A stretch of 64,000 nt of DNA from positions 160,001-224,000 of the forward strand of contig CAWBGA010000001.1 in the NCBI GenBank assembly GCA_963788195.1, in the 5' to 3' direction. The notes under the pieces were generated by a model. It was not told where the DNA came from and made no database searches. It was given only the letters and a program-made list of their open reading frames with translations. The position numbers and the translations under genes were made by a program. Within the stretch, counting starts at the first letter, position 1, and each line of letters starts with the position of its first letter. Origin of the DNA: Nitrospirota bacterium. Lineage in GTDB: Bacteria > Nitrospirota > Nitrospiria > Nitrospirales > NS-4. Shown here piece by piece: positions 32,085 through 42,036 of this stretch.

Positions 32085-33209
32085 ATGCGCATTGCACTGG
32101 ACGTCAGCCCTCTGCTTGGTACGCGGGCCGGCGTTGGAACCTATGTGGAACGCCTGGCCACCGCGCTGATCGCGCTATCCCCGGAACATCAATATTACCT
32201 CTATTCACCTCACTCGTTGGCCCCTTCGGATATTGCCGCGTTCGACAAATTTCATAACACCAAAATTGTTCGCTGCCCGGGGTGGTTCATGGGGGCCCAG
32301 GCATGGTGGGACCACGTGGACGTCTTTCATGGGATGAATTACAAGTTGCGGGGACGGGGCCGCTACGGAAATGTCGTGACCATTCATGACTTGGCTCTGG
32401 ATCGGATCGCCCAACCCTCGCGCAAGCTCTTCGGTCAGCAGAGCTCGTTTCGCCGGAGCCGGCGGACGGCGCTTCGCGCCTCACGCGTGGTCGCCGTCTC
32501 TCAACACACAGCCACCGATATCGCTGAACTTTATGGCGTCCCCGTAGAGCGCATCAAGGTGGTGAGAAACGGCCCGGGCGGAGACTTTTCTCCCGTCGAG
32601 GACAGAGCGATGATCGACTCGGTCAAGGCCCGTTGCGGTATTCATGGGGACGAGTTTATTCTTGTCAGTGGAGGCGCCGAGCCACGCAAGAACGTCGCGC
32701 GGGTGATTGAAGCCTTTGGACGCGTGCCGGAGCTGCGCGCGAGGTTTCAGTTGGTTGTACTCGGTGGGCTCGAGCATGGGGGGGAGGCGCTCCATCAGGC
32801 GGTTCAACGTGCAGGGCTCGCGTCCGCTGTGGTGTTTGCCGGTCACGTGCCTGTCCAGGATCTTCAATCGCTCTACTCTTCTTGTTCCCTCTTCGCGTTC
32901 GTATCGCTCTATGAGGGATTTGGAATGCCCGTCCTGGAGGCGATGGCGTGCGGCGCCCCGGTGATCTGTTCGAACACCTCAGCCCTGCCGGAGGTGGCGG
33001 GAGATGCGGCCCTCCTTGTGGATCCGACAAGCGTGGAGGCCATTGCGAATGCCATCATTAAAGTTGTTTCCAGCGAGGACATCCGCGAAGACCTTTGCCG
33101 CCGAGGGCGGATTCGTGCCAGGAGCTTCACTTGGGAGCGCGCTGCAGGTGAACTGCTGGATGTATACGCTGACCTTGCTCGCAACACGGGTGTCCCCGAT
33201 GCCAATTGA
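32085..33209 (+). CDS. GT4 glycosyltransferase
   Basis: GVGTY, VTIHDL, EPRKN, SLYEGFGMPVLEAMACG. Confidence 0.92.
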   Translation: MRIALDVSPLLGTRAGVGTYVERLATALIALSPEHQYYLYSPHSLAPSDIAAFDKFHNTKIVRCPGWFMGAQAWWDHVDVFHGMNYKLRGRGRYGNVVTIHDLALDRIAQPSRKLFGQQSSFRRSRRTALRASRVVAVSQHTATDIAELYGVPVERIKVVRNGPGGDFSPVEDRAMIDSVKARCGIHGDEFILVSGGAEPRKNVARVIEAFGRVPELRARFQLVVLGGLEHGGEALHQAVQRAGLASAVVFAGHVPVQDLQSLYSSCSLFAFVSLYEGFGMPVLEAMACGAPVICSNTSALPEVAGDAALLVDPTSVEAIANAIIKVVSSEDIREDLCRRGRIRARSFTWERAAGELLDVYADLARNTGVPDAN

Positions 33210-34236
33210 GACTCCTCAGAGCATCCTTGTGATGAAGCTCCGGTATATCGGGGATGTTGTCCTGTCGACGCCGGTGCTGAGTCGTCTGCGCGAGGGCTTC
33301 CCGAAGGCAAGAATCACCATGTTGGTGAACGCCGGGACAGAGGAGGTTGTTCAGGATCATCCGGCGCTCGATGAGGTGATGGTGGTCGCGCGAGAAGGCA
33401 TGAGGAATTGGCGGTTGCTCGTGGAGCTTCGCCGGCGACGGTTCGATGTGGTGTTGGACCTCACCGACGGGGATCGCTCAGCCATCCTTGGTAAGCTTTC
33501 CGGCGCCCCGACCCGTATCGGCTACAACAGTGAGCACCGGTGGCGGGGCAGGCTCTATACGCATATCGTGAAGGCAGATCGGTTCGCCATGCACACGATC
33601 CAGTACCACCTAGCCGCTACGGAAGCTCTTGGACTGTCCGGCCCTATCCCGGAGCCTCACATCCAAATCGCTCGCGATGCCAGGGACGCCGCGAAGTCTC
33701 TATTGCAGGAGGCCATGGTCGACCCAGACAAGCCGTTTGTCTGTCTTCATCCTGGAGCCCGGTGGTGGTTCAAATCTTGGCCTGCGGAGCGTTTTGCGGC
33801 ATTAGCGGATCGCATCCAAGCACAGACCGAAGCCCAGACGCTGTTTCTCGGAAGCGAGGGCGATCGGAAGGTTATAGGCGACATTGTGACGGCCATGCGG
33901 ACTCCGGGGCGCAGCCTTGTGGGCCGGACCCGCTTGCAAGAAGTGGCAGCGATTCTGGAACGTGCGCTGTTGATGATCAGTAATGACAATGGTCCGATGC
34001 ACATCGCGGCGGCCGTGGGAACACCGGTGATCGGTCTCTTCGGCCCTTCCGATCCGGCGATCTGGGGACCCTGGGGAGTCGGCCATCGCACTTTTTACAA
34101 ACAGGTCGACTGCCGCAGTTGTTTTCATCCTGATTGCTTCCGAGGGGAAGCCAATTGTATGCGACTCATCTCTCTCGACGAAGTATGGGAGGTTGTCCGG
34201 CATCGCTTGGTGGTAAGCCAGTGCACAAACAGTTAA
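33199..34236 (+). CDS. Heptosyltransferase III-like (GT9, RfaQ/WaaQ-like)
   Basis: ILVMKLRYIGDVVLSTP, DRSA, HPGARWWFKSW, NDNGPMHIAAA. Confidence 0.85.
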   Translation: MPIETPQSILVMKLRYIGDVVLSTPVLSRLREGFPKARITMLVNAGTEEVVQDHPALDEVMVVAREGMRNWRLLVELRRRRFDVVLDLTDGDRSAILGKLSGAPTRIGYNSEHRWRGRLYTHIVKADRFAMHTIQYHLAATEALGLSGPIPEPHIQIARDARDAAKSLLQEAMVDPDKPFVCLHPGARWWFKSWPAERFAALADRIQAQTEAQTLFLGSEGDRKVIGDIVTAMRTPGRSLVGRTRLQEVAAILERALLMISNDNGPMHIAAAVGTPVIGLFGPSDPAIWGPWGVGHRTFYKQVDCRSCFHPDCFRGEANCMRLISLDEVWEVVRHRLVVSQCTNS

Positions 34237-35369
34237 ACATCCTCTTCGTTCACGGTATCACCGAGATCGGGGGCGCCGAGCGTGAGTTGCTCCGCATGCT
34301 GGTGCCGCTTTCTCATCTCGGATATTACCCTATCATCGCGTGCCCTGCTCAGGGGCCATTGGTCGAGGAACTCGTGCGACGCAACATCGAACACCACACG
34401 GTGGTCCTGCCGGCCTGGCATAAGTTCAGGGGCTATATGCAGCGAGCGTCCTCCGCGAGCCATTTGCAAAAAATCATCCGAAACGCGCATCCGGTCGCAG
34501 TGCATGTCAATGACATCTGGTGGGTACCGCAGACGTTGCGGGCCGCTGCCAACCTAAAGATTCCGATCGTGGCGCATGTCCGTCAGGAAATCGAACCACG
34601 CAAAGCCAGGCACTACGCGTTAGCCGACGCGGATCTTCTGCTCGCGGTCTCCAGCCACATCCGAGACGCCTTGATCAATGGAGGAATCCCGGCGGCGCGG
34701 GTGATGACTGTCCACAGCGGTCTGGATCTCAGCGATATTACGGTGGAGGCTTCTCCAGTTCAGATTCGATCACAGTTTGGCATTCCAAACGGCGCGCCGC
34801 TCCTGGGGACCCTTGCGAGCATCTTTACTCGGAAAGGCCATGAGGTCATGCTGAGAGCACTGCCGAACATTCTTCGTTCGTTCCCGGATGCGCATTATTT
34901 CATCATCGGCACAGGCGACGCCGATTGCGAGGCTGTCTTGCGTTCTCAAGTGAAAGACCTGGGTCTCGAAGGACGCGTTCACTTCGCTGGGTTTCAGGAA
35001 TCGGTGTTTGGCTTTCTTGCGGCGTTTACGATATACGTGCATCCCGTCCTGATGGAAGGCTTCGGTCTTGCCGTCCTCGAGGCCATGGCCATGGGACGGC
35101 CCGTCGTCGCAACAGCCACCGGCGGCTTGCCGGAGATTGTGCGACATGGCGAGACGGGGCTTTTGGTGCCACCGGGGGACGAAATCGCCCTGGCTGAGGC
35201 GATCGTGGCTCTTTTGAGGGATCCCGAACGGGCCGATTCGATGGGACAGGCGGGTCGCGTACGCGTCGGTGCGCTCTTTTCAGAGGAGGCGATGATGCAG
35301 CAACTGAGAGCTGCCTATGAATTGGTCCTGAGAAGTCCGCATTCTAACGAAAAAACGGTTTCCGTATGA
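34221..35369 (+). CDS. GT4 glycosyltransferase
   Basis: IGGAE, RKGH, EGFGLAVLEAMAMGRPVV. Confidence 0.92.
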   Translation: MHKQLNILFVHGITEIGGAERELLRMLVPLSHLGYYPIIACPAQGPLVEELVRRNIEHHTVVLPAWHKFRGYMQRASSASHLQKIIRNAHPVAVHVNDIWWVPQTLRAAANLKIPIVAHVRQEIEPRKARHYALADADLLLAVSSHIRDALINGGIPAARVMTVHSGLDLSDITVEASPVQIRSQFGIPNGAPLLGTLASIFTRKGHEVMLRALPNILRSFPDAHYFIIGTGDADCEAVLRSQVKDLGLEGRVHFAGFQESVFGFLAAFTIYVHPVLMEGFGLAVLEAMAMGRPVVATATGGLPEIVRHGETGLLVPPGDEIALAEAIVALLRDPERADSMGQAGRVRVGALFSEEAMMQQLRAAYELVLRSPHSNEKTVSV

Positions 35370-36160
35370 TCACGGCAGAGCGGGTAAGCCTCGTGATTCC
35401 CGTCTACAATCAACTCATGCACACGATGCAGTGCCTGGAGTCGATCCAGCGGCTGCCGGACCAGGCCGGTGACCTCATCGTCGTCGACAATGGATCCAGC
35501 GATGGAACCTCAGATTATCTCAAGGGTCGGGACCTGAGGGTCATCACAAACACTGTCAATCTGGGCTGCGCCAAAGCGTGGAACCAGGGGGTACGCGCCA
35601 GCCGGGGCGATGTCATCGGAATTTTGAACAACGATATCGTCGTCACACAGGGGTGGCTGTCTGCGCTGCTAATCTTTATGGAGCGGACAGGATGTGCTAT
35701 CGTCAGTCCCGCGATGCGTGAGGGGCCTTTGGATTATGAACTGGACCGCTATGCCGCGGAGTTCACCACGGCGTGTGGCACAGCGACTCGTAAGGGACTT
35801 CTCGGACCCTGCATGTTTGTTCGGCGCGCGGTGTTTGACAGCGTCGGACTCTTTGACGAAGCGTTCGCGTACGGGGGTTGTGAAGACATCGACTTCCTGT
35901 GGCGCGCCGAGGAAGCAGGCTTTACCGCAATCGTGACGGGCGCCGCTTTCATCCACCACTTTGGCATGGTGACGCAGAGAGCCATCAAGCAACGGGAGCT
36001 CAAGACCTATCCGGCGCGGAATCTAGAATATTTTCAGAGCAAGTGGGGGCGCACAGTTCGCGGGAACTGGTTTCAGCGCCGGTGGTCCGACCTGCAGCAA
36101 GCCTTGACTGAACGCTACGAACGGCTGCGATATGGGCATGAACTAGTCGAACGGGAATGA
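35366..36160 (+). CDS. GT2 glycosyltransferase (rhamnosyltransferase-like)
   Basis: VIPVYN, VDNGSSDGT, NLGCAKAWNQG, LNNDI, EDIDF. Confidence 0.9.
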   Translation: MITAERVSLVIPVYNQLMHTMQCLESIQRLPDQAGDLIVVDNGSSDGTSDYLKGRDLRVITNTVNLGCAKAWNQGVRASRGDVIGILNNDIVVTQGWLSALLIFMERTGCAIVSPAMREGPLDYELDRYAAEFTTACGTATRKGLLGPCMFVRRAVFDSVGLFDEAFAYGGCEDIDFLWRAEEAGFTAIVTGAAFIHHFGMVTQRAIKQRELKTYPARNLEYFQSKWGRTVRGNWFQRRWSDLQQALTERYERLRYGHELVERE

Positions 36161-36216
36161 AGAGAAAGATGATTTTATCTAGGCCGCTGGCCGATTTTGT
36201 GAGGAGAATCGTTTAA

Positions 36217-37227
36217 ATGGCACCATCGAGTATGCGTGTCGTGATCACAGGCGGCGCAGGGTTTCTCGGCAGTCATCTTTGCCGGCGCCTGATCGATCTT
36301 GGGCATAAGGTGGTCTGTATCGACAACCTCATCACGGGCTCGATGGATAATGTCGCCGACCTCATGGGTCATGAACAGTTCATGTTCGTCAAATACAATG
36401 TCTGTGATTACCTACATGTGGCAGGCCCGCTGGATGCGGTGATGCATTTTGCCTCGCCCGCGAGCCCGCAAGATTATCTCGAGCTGCCCATTGCAACCTT
36501 GAAGGTCGGGGCCTTGGGGACGCACAAAGCCCTGGGGCTGGCGAAGGCCAAGAATGCCCGTTTCCTGCTTGCGAGCACTTCCGAAGTCTACGGCGACCCC
36601 TTGGTGTCTCCCCAACCAGAGGAGTATTGGGGGAATGTGAATCCGATCAGTCCACGTGGCGTGTACGATGAGGCCAAGCGCTTTGCCGAGGCCATGACAA
36701 TGGCCTACCATCGTTATCACGGCCTGGATACGCGTATTGTCCGCATCTTCAACACCTATGGCCCCGCCATGCGGCCCAAGGACGGCCGTGTCGTCTCGAA
36801 CTTCATTGTGCAGGCCCTCACCGGAGAGGCCTTGACTGTGTATGGAAGTGGTAGCCAGACTCGAAGCTTTTGCTATGTGGATGATCTGGTTGAGGGGATC
36901 ATCAGACTCTTGCTGCTGACTTCGGATCGGACTCATCAAGAGCGCACCGACCGCTCATTCATCTACCAAGGCAGCACGTCCTCGATCCATGACCCGACAA
37001 ACATCGGCAATCCGGAGGAGCTCTCGGTTTTGGAGATCGCCCAGAAAGTGCAGGCACTCGTCGGAACAGACACTCCCATCGAGTTCAAGCCACTGCCGGT
37101 CGATGACCCCAAGGTGCGCCGGCCGGACATTACCCGGGCCAGAAAACTCCTTGAATGGGAACCGAAGGTAGGCTTGGATGAGGGCCTTCGCCGCACCATT
37201 GATTACTTCCGCAAGCGAGTGCTATGA
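36217..37227 (+). CDS. UDP-glucuronate decarboxylase (UDP-xylose synthase)
   Basis: [43 protein letters not shown]. Confidence 0.92.
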   Translation: MAPSSMRVVITGGAGFLGSHLCRRLIDLGHKVVCIDNLITGSMDNVADLMGHEQFMFVKYNVCDYLHVAGPLDAVMHFASPASPQDYLELPIATLKVGALGTHKALGLAKAKNARFLLASTSEVYGDPLVSPQPEEYWGNVNPISPRGVYDEAKRFAEAMTMAYHRYHGLDTRIVRIFNTYGPAMRPKDGRVVSNFIVQALTGEALTVYGSGSQTRSFCYVDDLVEGIIRLLLLTSDRTHQERTDRSFIYQGSTSSIHDPTNIGNPEELSVLEIAQKVQALVGTDTPIEFKPLPVDDPKVRRPDITRARKLLEWEPKVGLDEGLRRTIDYFRKRVL

Positions 37228-38000
37228 AGCTCCACTGCTTTATTTGCGCCACCGTTGTTTTTCCGAACGACCCCGAGGCCGATCTCAAGCACCACAGTTA
37301 CTTTCTGCATGCCCAGGTGGCCGCCCTCCAGAAAATTCCCGTTGAACTGACGCTCATTCAGAACGGCTGCGAATTTCCATCGCTTGGCATTCCCGTCATC
37401 CGCAATCCGATCGCAAAAAGCGTGACCTACAACTATCTTCTTTGTGACGCAAACTGTGCCGGCGATTATTGGATTTTTCTGCCGGAGGACTCACGCATCA
37501 CGGAGAACGGCTGGGAAGCCATCCGCAAGCGGGATGGTCGTAACTGTTTTTCGATGGCGAAAGATCCGAAATGCTGCGTGTTCCGAAAGGGAATATTTGA
37601 CAGTCTGCCGCCGCACGTGCGTGCCGCCGCAGATCTGAACTTTCTGGGTAAGGAATTCGGGCATCTGCTGGTCCGGGGAGAACTCGACAAACAGGGCTTT
37701 CACTCAATTACACCGAATTGGACCCAAGTCAGCAAGGACCCGCCGTTATGGGGTAACGAATACTTCGAGATGATTCCGGGGCAGCATCCTAACGCGAACC
37801 AGCTTCGCCGGATGCCGTGTCTTGATAACTATGGAGTTCGAGAATACAAGGCAGAGGCGTCGAAGATTGAAGAGCTGTTTACGAAAATTGTCCGGGACAA
37901 CATCGAGGAACTCGCAAAGGATGCAACAAGTTGTAAATCGCTGGTTTCCTCCTATGGACCGGTCTTTACGGATGTTCCGTATGATCCAAGCAAAAGTTAG
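37224..38000 (+). CDS. Hypothetical protein, possibly a divergent GT-A fold
   Basis: 258 aa, ATGA-coupled to the upstream gene; IQNG, VIRNP and DYWIFLPED resemble GT2 segments. Confidence 0.7.
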   Translation: MKLHCFICATVVFPNDPEADLKHHSYFLHAQVAALQKIPVELTLIQNGCEFPSLGIPVIRNPIAKSVTYNYLLCDANCAGDYWIFLPEDSRITENGWEAIRKRDGRNCFSMAKDPKCCVFRKGIFDSLPPHVRAAADLNFLGKEFGHLLVRGELDKQGFHSITPNWTQVSKDPPLWGNEYFEMIPGQHPNANQLRRMPCLDNYGVREYKAEASKIEELFTKIVRDNIEELAKDATSCKSLVSSYGPVFTDVPYDPSKS

Positions 38001-38057
38001 GTTCCGCGAGCGCAGTGACTGTCCGGGAGGGGGCTGCGGGTCGTGCTGCGGCGATAC

Positions 38058-38086
38058 TTGGTAGACCCTACCGGATCTGTTACAAT
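38058..38086 (+). promoter_or_regulatory. Putative sigma70 promoter
   Basis: TTGGTA-17 bp-TACAAT with TGn extension, upstream of the epimerase. Confidence 0.5.
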
Positions 38087-38134
38087 CCACTAGTGGTCTG
38101 CAACTACTTATCACAGTACCGTGACCAACTTGCA

Positions 38135-38200
38135 CTTCGACAAGCTCAGTGCGAACGGAGTGAGTAGCCGTTCGTGGTGACCCTGTCCAACCATGGACGG
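38135..38200. repeat. REP-like imperfect palindrome
   Basis: CTTCGACAAGCTCAGTGCGAACGG-9 nt-CCGTTCGTGGTGACCCTGTCCAA; CGAACGG/CCGTTCG pair perfectly, outer arm degenerate. Confidence 0.6.
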
Positions 38201-38244
38201 CCCGCCATTAGATTGTCTGTTTACGATCCACTAGGAGAACACTG

Positions 38245-39258
38245 ATGGCTAAAATTCTGGTCACGGGCGCTGCCGGCTTTATTGGTTTCCATCTGACGAA
38301 GCGACTCCTTGCGCGGGGCGATGAAATTCTCGGCCTCGATAATCTTAACGAGTATTACGATGTCACGCTCAAGGAAGCCCGGCTGGCTCAGCTAACGAAA
38401 GAGAAGGGATTCAGTTTCTACAAGCTGGACCTTGTGGACCGGGAGGGGATTCGTCAGCTCTTTATGGAGCACGCCCCTGACGTCGTCGTCAATCTCGCAG
38501 CGCAGGCGGGCGTGCGCTATGCCGAGAAAAATCCATTTGCGTACATTGACAGTAATCTGGTTGGATTTGCACAGATTCTAGAGTGTTGTCGACACTTTAA
38601 GACAAAGCATTTGATCTACGCCTCGTCCAGTTCGGTATACGGGGCGAATACCCGCATGCCCTTTTCCGTCCACGACAATGTGGATCATCCGATCAGCCTC
38701 TACGCAGCCAGCAAGAAATCCAACGAATTAATGGCGCATACGTACAGTCATCTGTATCGACTGCCGGTCACTGGCTTGCGGTTTTTTACCGTCTATGGTC
38801 CGTGGGGAAGACCGGACATGGCGCTGTTTCTGTTCACCAAGGCGATCCTGAAGGGTGAGCCGATCAAGGTGTTCAATTTTGGGAAGATGCGGCGTGACTT
38901 CACCTATATCGATGATATCGTAGAAGGCATGGTGCGGCTCTTGGACAAACCACCATCGCCCAATGCGAGCTGGTCCGGAGACCGCCCCGACCCCGGTACC
39001 AGCCTGGCGCCGTATAAGATCTATAACATCGGCAACAACCAGCCAGTGGAGTTAATGCGATTTATCGAAGTCCTCGAAATGAAGCTTGGCAGGAAGGCAG
39101 AGAAGAACATGATGCCGCTGCAACCCGGGGATGTGCCCGAAACCTACGCCGATGTGGAGGACTTGGTGCGTGACGTTGGATTCAAGCCCGACACAGCCAT
39201 TGAGGTCGGCATCGAGCGATTTGTCACCTGGTATCGTGAGTACTATCGGGTGACGTAA
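38245..39258 (+). CDS. UDP-glucuronate 4-epimerase (Uge/CapI/WcaG-like SDR)
   Basis: [43 protein letters not shown]. Confidence 0.93.
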   Translation: MAKILVTGAAGFIGFHLTKRLLARGDEILGLDNLNEYYDVTLKEARLAQLTKEKGFSFYKLDLVDREGIRQLFMEHAPDVVVNLAAQAGVRYAEKNPFAYIDSNLVGFAQILECCRHFKTKHLIYASSSSVYGANTRMPFSVHDNVDHPISLYAASKKSNELMAHTYSHLYRLPVTGLRFFTVYGPWGRPDMALFLFTKAILKGEPIKVFNFGKMRRDFTYIDDIVEGMVRLLDKPPSPNASWSGDRPDPGTSLAPYKIYNIGNNQPVELMRFIEVLEMKLGRKAEKNMMPLQPGDVPETYADVEDLVRDVGFKPDTAIEVGIERFVTWYREYYRVT

Positions 39259-39268
39259 GCCTCATCTC

Positions 39269-39440
39269 AAAAAGGGGACAGGCTACTTTTTCAGGTATTC
39301 TCTATTGCACCCGCTATTTCACCCGCCTACCCCGCGGCTGCCAAGACAGCCGCTTTTCCCGTGGCCTGGAATCATTTCGACCCCTTGCGCTCTTCCCCTG
39401 TCCCAAACAGTCGTTCGTTCCGAAAAAGTTGCCTGTCCCC
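39269..39440. mobile_element. Inverted-repeat element, copy 2 (opposite orientation, longer interior)
   Basis: AAAAAGGGGACAGGCTACTTTTTC ... GAAAAAGTTGCCTGTCCCC; subterminal sequences match copy 1. Confidence 0.75.
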
Positions 39441-39460
39441 ATGGCGGGAAACTGTCTAAA

Positions 39461-39886
39461 CTAAAGCCGATGTCCGTACGAAAGAGAAGTGGGCCCCCAT
39501 TCCCAATATTTCCAGTCCATGAGTAGCTTGCTCCCCCGGTCAAATACCAACTCCATCCGGTGTCCAAACATCGGATTGCCATCCTCAGCAGAAATCGGAG
39601 GTGTCAGCGGTACTGAATGGTTCCAGTGCCAGTTCGCCCGAATCGGAGCGCCGTCTAATTTGGTTCCCTGCGGTGAATCTCCGCTCAGCAAGGATGTGGG
39701 GGGACCCCAAGACTTAACCACTTCATCATAGGCCAACCGACCAATCGCATAATCCCAGGCGCTTCGGAAACGGACCTCCTGAAGATATTTCTCCTCAGCG
39801 GCTGGAAGGTGAGTCTGGCAGCCTGCTTGCCAGACAGACGTCAGTAACGCGCAGAGAAACCATATCCTCACCGTGGCGTTCTTCAT
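39461..39886 (-). CDS. Putative lipoprotein
   Basis: MKNATVRIWFLCALLTSVWQAGC: basic N-region, hydrophobic core, lipobox-like Cys; WGPPT motif. Confidence 0.7.
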   Translation of the reverse strand: MKNATVRIWFLCALLTSVWQAGCQTHLPAAEEKYLQEVRFRSAWDYAIGRLAYDEVVKSWGPPTSLLSGDSPQGTKLDGAPIRANWHWNHSVPLTPPISAEDGNPMFGHRMELVFDRGSKLLMDWKYWEWGPTSLSYGHRL

Positions 39887-40152
39887 GTTCTGCTCATCAG
39901 CATCAACACGATAAATCCAGCCGGTTTTATTGCACAAACTGACCTTTCAGATCAACAGAACCTCGTGCACACTTAACGCTTTTGGTTGGGGAGTTTTCTC
40001 TTGAAACCCTCTTCGACAATATGTTCAAATTTCTGAATTCCCAACCACAAACCTAGGTATTTCATGTACTTAAGGGTCTTTCGAGATCTTCGACTCCTGG
40101 ATGAACTGGCGCGGGACATATCCGTCGCGAAGGAGTTCTACAAGCAAAAATT

Positions 40153-40178
40153 GTGACCTTGTGGCCTGCAGAGGTCAC
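40153..40178 (+). promoter_or_regulatory. Leader hairpin upstream of the NusG paralog (candidate antiterminator-loading element)
   Basis: GTGACCT-12 nt-AGGTCAC perfect stem in a ~390 bp non-coding gap; function is inferred. Confidence 0.35.
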
Positions 40179-40273
40179 TGGCCGGCAGATGCTCGTTTGA
40201 TTGTGCCGCATCTCAGCGGCAGGAGCAGTAAGGAGAGGTATTTTTCGTGATCTGTAAGTGAGAGGGCGAAGCT

Positions 40274-40816
40274 TTGTCTTCCTCCCGAAAGAAACCCGTC
40301 ATAGAGACAATTGAGGAAATCAACAATGATTCTCTGTGGTACGCGATTCGCACTCGTTCGCGGCACGAAAAACAGGTGAGAGATCGCTTTGTCAAGCTTG
40401 GTATTGAATCGCTTCTGGCTACTGTGGTGCGGCTGAATCAGTGGAAGGATCGAAAAAAGGAGGTTGAGTCACCGTTATTTCCGGGCTATTGCTTTGGCCG
40501 GTTTTGCTGGCAAGACCGGATGGAAGTGCTAAAAGTCCAGGGTGTCGTGGATATCGTTGGCAACAAGAGTCGTCCCGAGCCGGTCCCGGAACAGGAAATC
40601 GAGTCCATCAGAATACTGATCACCAGTACGTTGCGTTATGATTCTCATCCTTATCTCCAGGAAGGCATGCCGGTTGAGGTGATCCGCGGGCCATTGAAAG
40701 GTATGCGGGGGATTTTGCTGCGAAAGGACAAGCGCCATCGCCTGGTGATCTCCGTGCATCTCATCCAACAGGCCGCGGCCGTGGAGATTGATGCCGATGA
40801 CGTTGTGTCGGTCTAG
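40274..40816 (+). CDS. NusG-paralog transcription antiterminator (UpxY/LoaP-like)
   Basis: NGN domain WYAIRTRSRHEKQV...PLFPGYCF; KOW domain GMPVEVIRGPLKGMRG; heads a long sugar operon. Confidence 0.92.
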   Translation: MSSSRKKPVIETIEEINNDSLWYAIRTRSRHEKQVRDRFVKLGIESLLATVVRLNQWKDRKKEVESPLFPGYCFGRFCWQDRMEVLKVQGVVDIVGNKSRPEPVPEQEIESIRILITSTLRYDSHPYLQEGMPVEVIRGPLKGMRGILLRKDKRHRLVISVHLIQQAAAVEIDADDVVSV

Positions 40817-42028
40817 ATGCTCCGAGGTTCCGACACCTGTGATTTTTTAGTGGTCGGGGCGGGCGTCGTGGGAATCACAATATCCCGAGAACTGCATCGG
40901 CGATACGGAGGGCGGGTCTTGGTTATCGAGAAAGAGCCTTCCGCGGCCCTGCATGCGAGTGGACGGAACAGCGGTGTGCTGCATGCCGGCGTGTACTATC
41001 AGGCCGGCTCGCTCAAAGCTCGCTTGTGCGTCTCCGGCAACCAGCGCATGCGCGCATACTGCCGGGACAGAGGCCTGCCGATCAATGAGTGTGGAAAAGT
41101 GATCGTTGCTCGGACTGTTGAGGAGCTCCCCGCACTTGAGGAGTTGCACAGACGTGCGCAGGCGAACGGCATTGAGGCCAGTATCATCGATGCCCAAACC
41201 TTGCGAGAACTCGAGCCGTATGCGAAGACCACAGAAAGGGCGCTTTACGTGAAGGATACGGCGGTAATCGCCCCACAAACGGTGATGGGCGCGCTCCTGG
41301 AGGACGCTCAGAAAGAAGGAGTGCTGTTCGAGTTTAATTGCGCGTGGGAACATTCCGAGACAGTCGGACTGGCACGAACCGCACGAGGCACCATCGCATA
41401 TGGGCATCTAGTGAACTGCGCCGGGTTATTTGCGGATCGGATCGCGCACGCCTTTCATGTGGGAGAGAATTATCGGATCCTTCCTTTTTTGGGCAAGTTT
41501 TCTCAACTCAGCCCCCAATCAAAAATCCAGGTTCGGGGGAATATCTATCCGGTCCCCGATCTCCGTAACCCGTTCCTGGGAATCCATTTTACGAGGCGCC
41601 CAAGCGGTGAGGTGATCATCGGCCCTTCTGCCTTGCCACTTCTTGGGCGCGAGCAGTATTCAGGGTTGAAAGGCGCCAATGCGAGCGATGCTTTCAGCAT
41701 GGGTAAGTACATGCTGCGCCTGTTTACAAAGAATCGCGATCACTTCCGGTCCCTGGCGCTCAAAGAAATCGGCAAAATGACGAAGAACGGTTTTTATCGC
41801 GAGGCGGCCGGCCTCGTGCACGGGCTTGAGCCGGACGATCTGGTGGTGGGAAAGTCTGCGGGAATTCGCGCTCAGTTGGTCAATGTTCACACGGCAGAGT
41901 TATTGAATGACTTTGTGATAGAGCCGGGGGCGCGCTCAACGCATGTCCTCAATGCCAATTCTCCGGCTTTTACATCGGCATTGCCGTTCGCAGAGCACGT
42001 CGTCCAAACAATGGCGTTGGAGAGATAG
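40817..42028 (+). CDS. lhgO: L-2-hydroxyglutarate oxidase-family FAD oxidoreductase
   Basis: VVGAGVVG, HASGRNSGVLHAGVYY, YPVPDLRNPFLGIHFT, GIRAQ, NANSPAFTS. Confidence 0.85.
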   Translation: MLRGSDTCDFLVVGAGVVGITISRELHRRYGGRVLVIEKEPSAALHASGRNSGVLHAGVYYQAGSLKARLCVSGNQRMRAYCRDRGLPINECGKVIVARTVEELPALEELHRRAQANGIEASIIDAQTLRELEPYAKTTERALYVKDTAVIAPQTVMGALLEDAQKEGVLFEFNCAWEHSETVGLARTARGTIAYGHLVNCAGLFADRIAHAFHVGENYRILPFLGKFSQLSPQSKIQVRGNIYPVPDLRNPFLGIHFTRRPSGEVIIGPSALPLLGREQYSGLKGANASDAFSMGKYMLRLFTKNRDHFRSLALKEIGKMTKNGFYREAAGLVHGLEPDDLVVGKSAGIRAQLVNVHTAELLNDFVIEPGARSTHVLNANSPAFTSALPFAEHVVQTMALER

Positions 42029-42036
42029 GGTTAGTT

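Noticed and set aside
40080..40200. Riboswitch (for example c-di-GMP) in the antiterminator leader
   Set aside because: Some pairing is possible, but I could not match any known aptamer consensus by eye; needs an Rfam scan.
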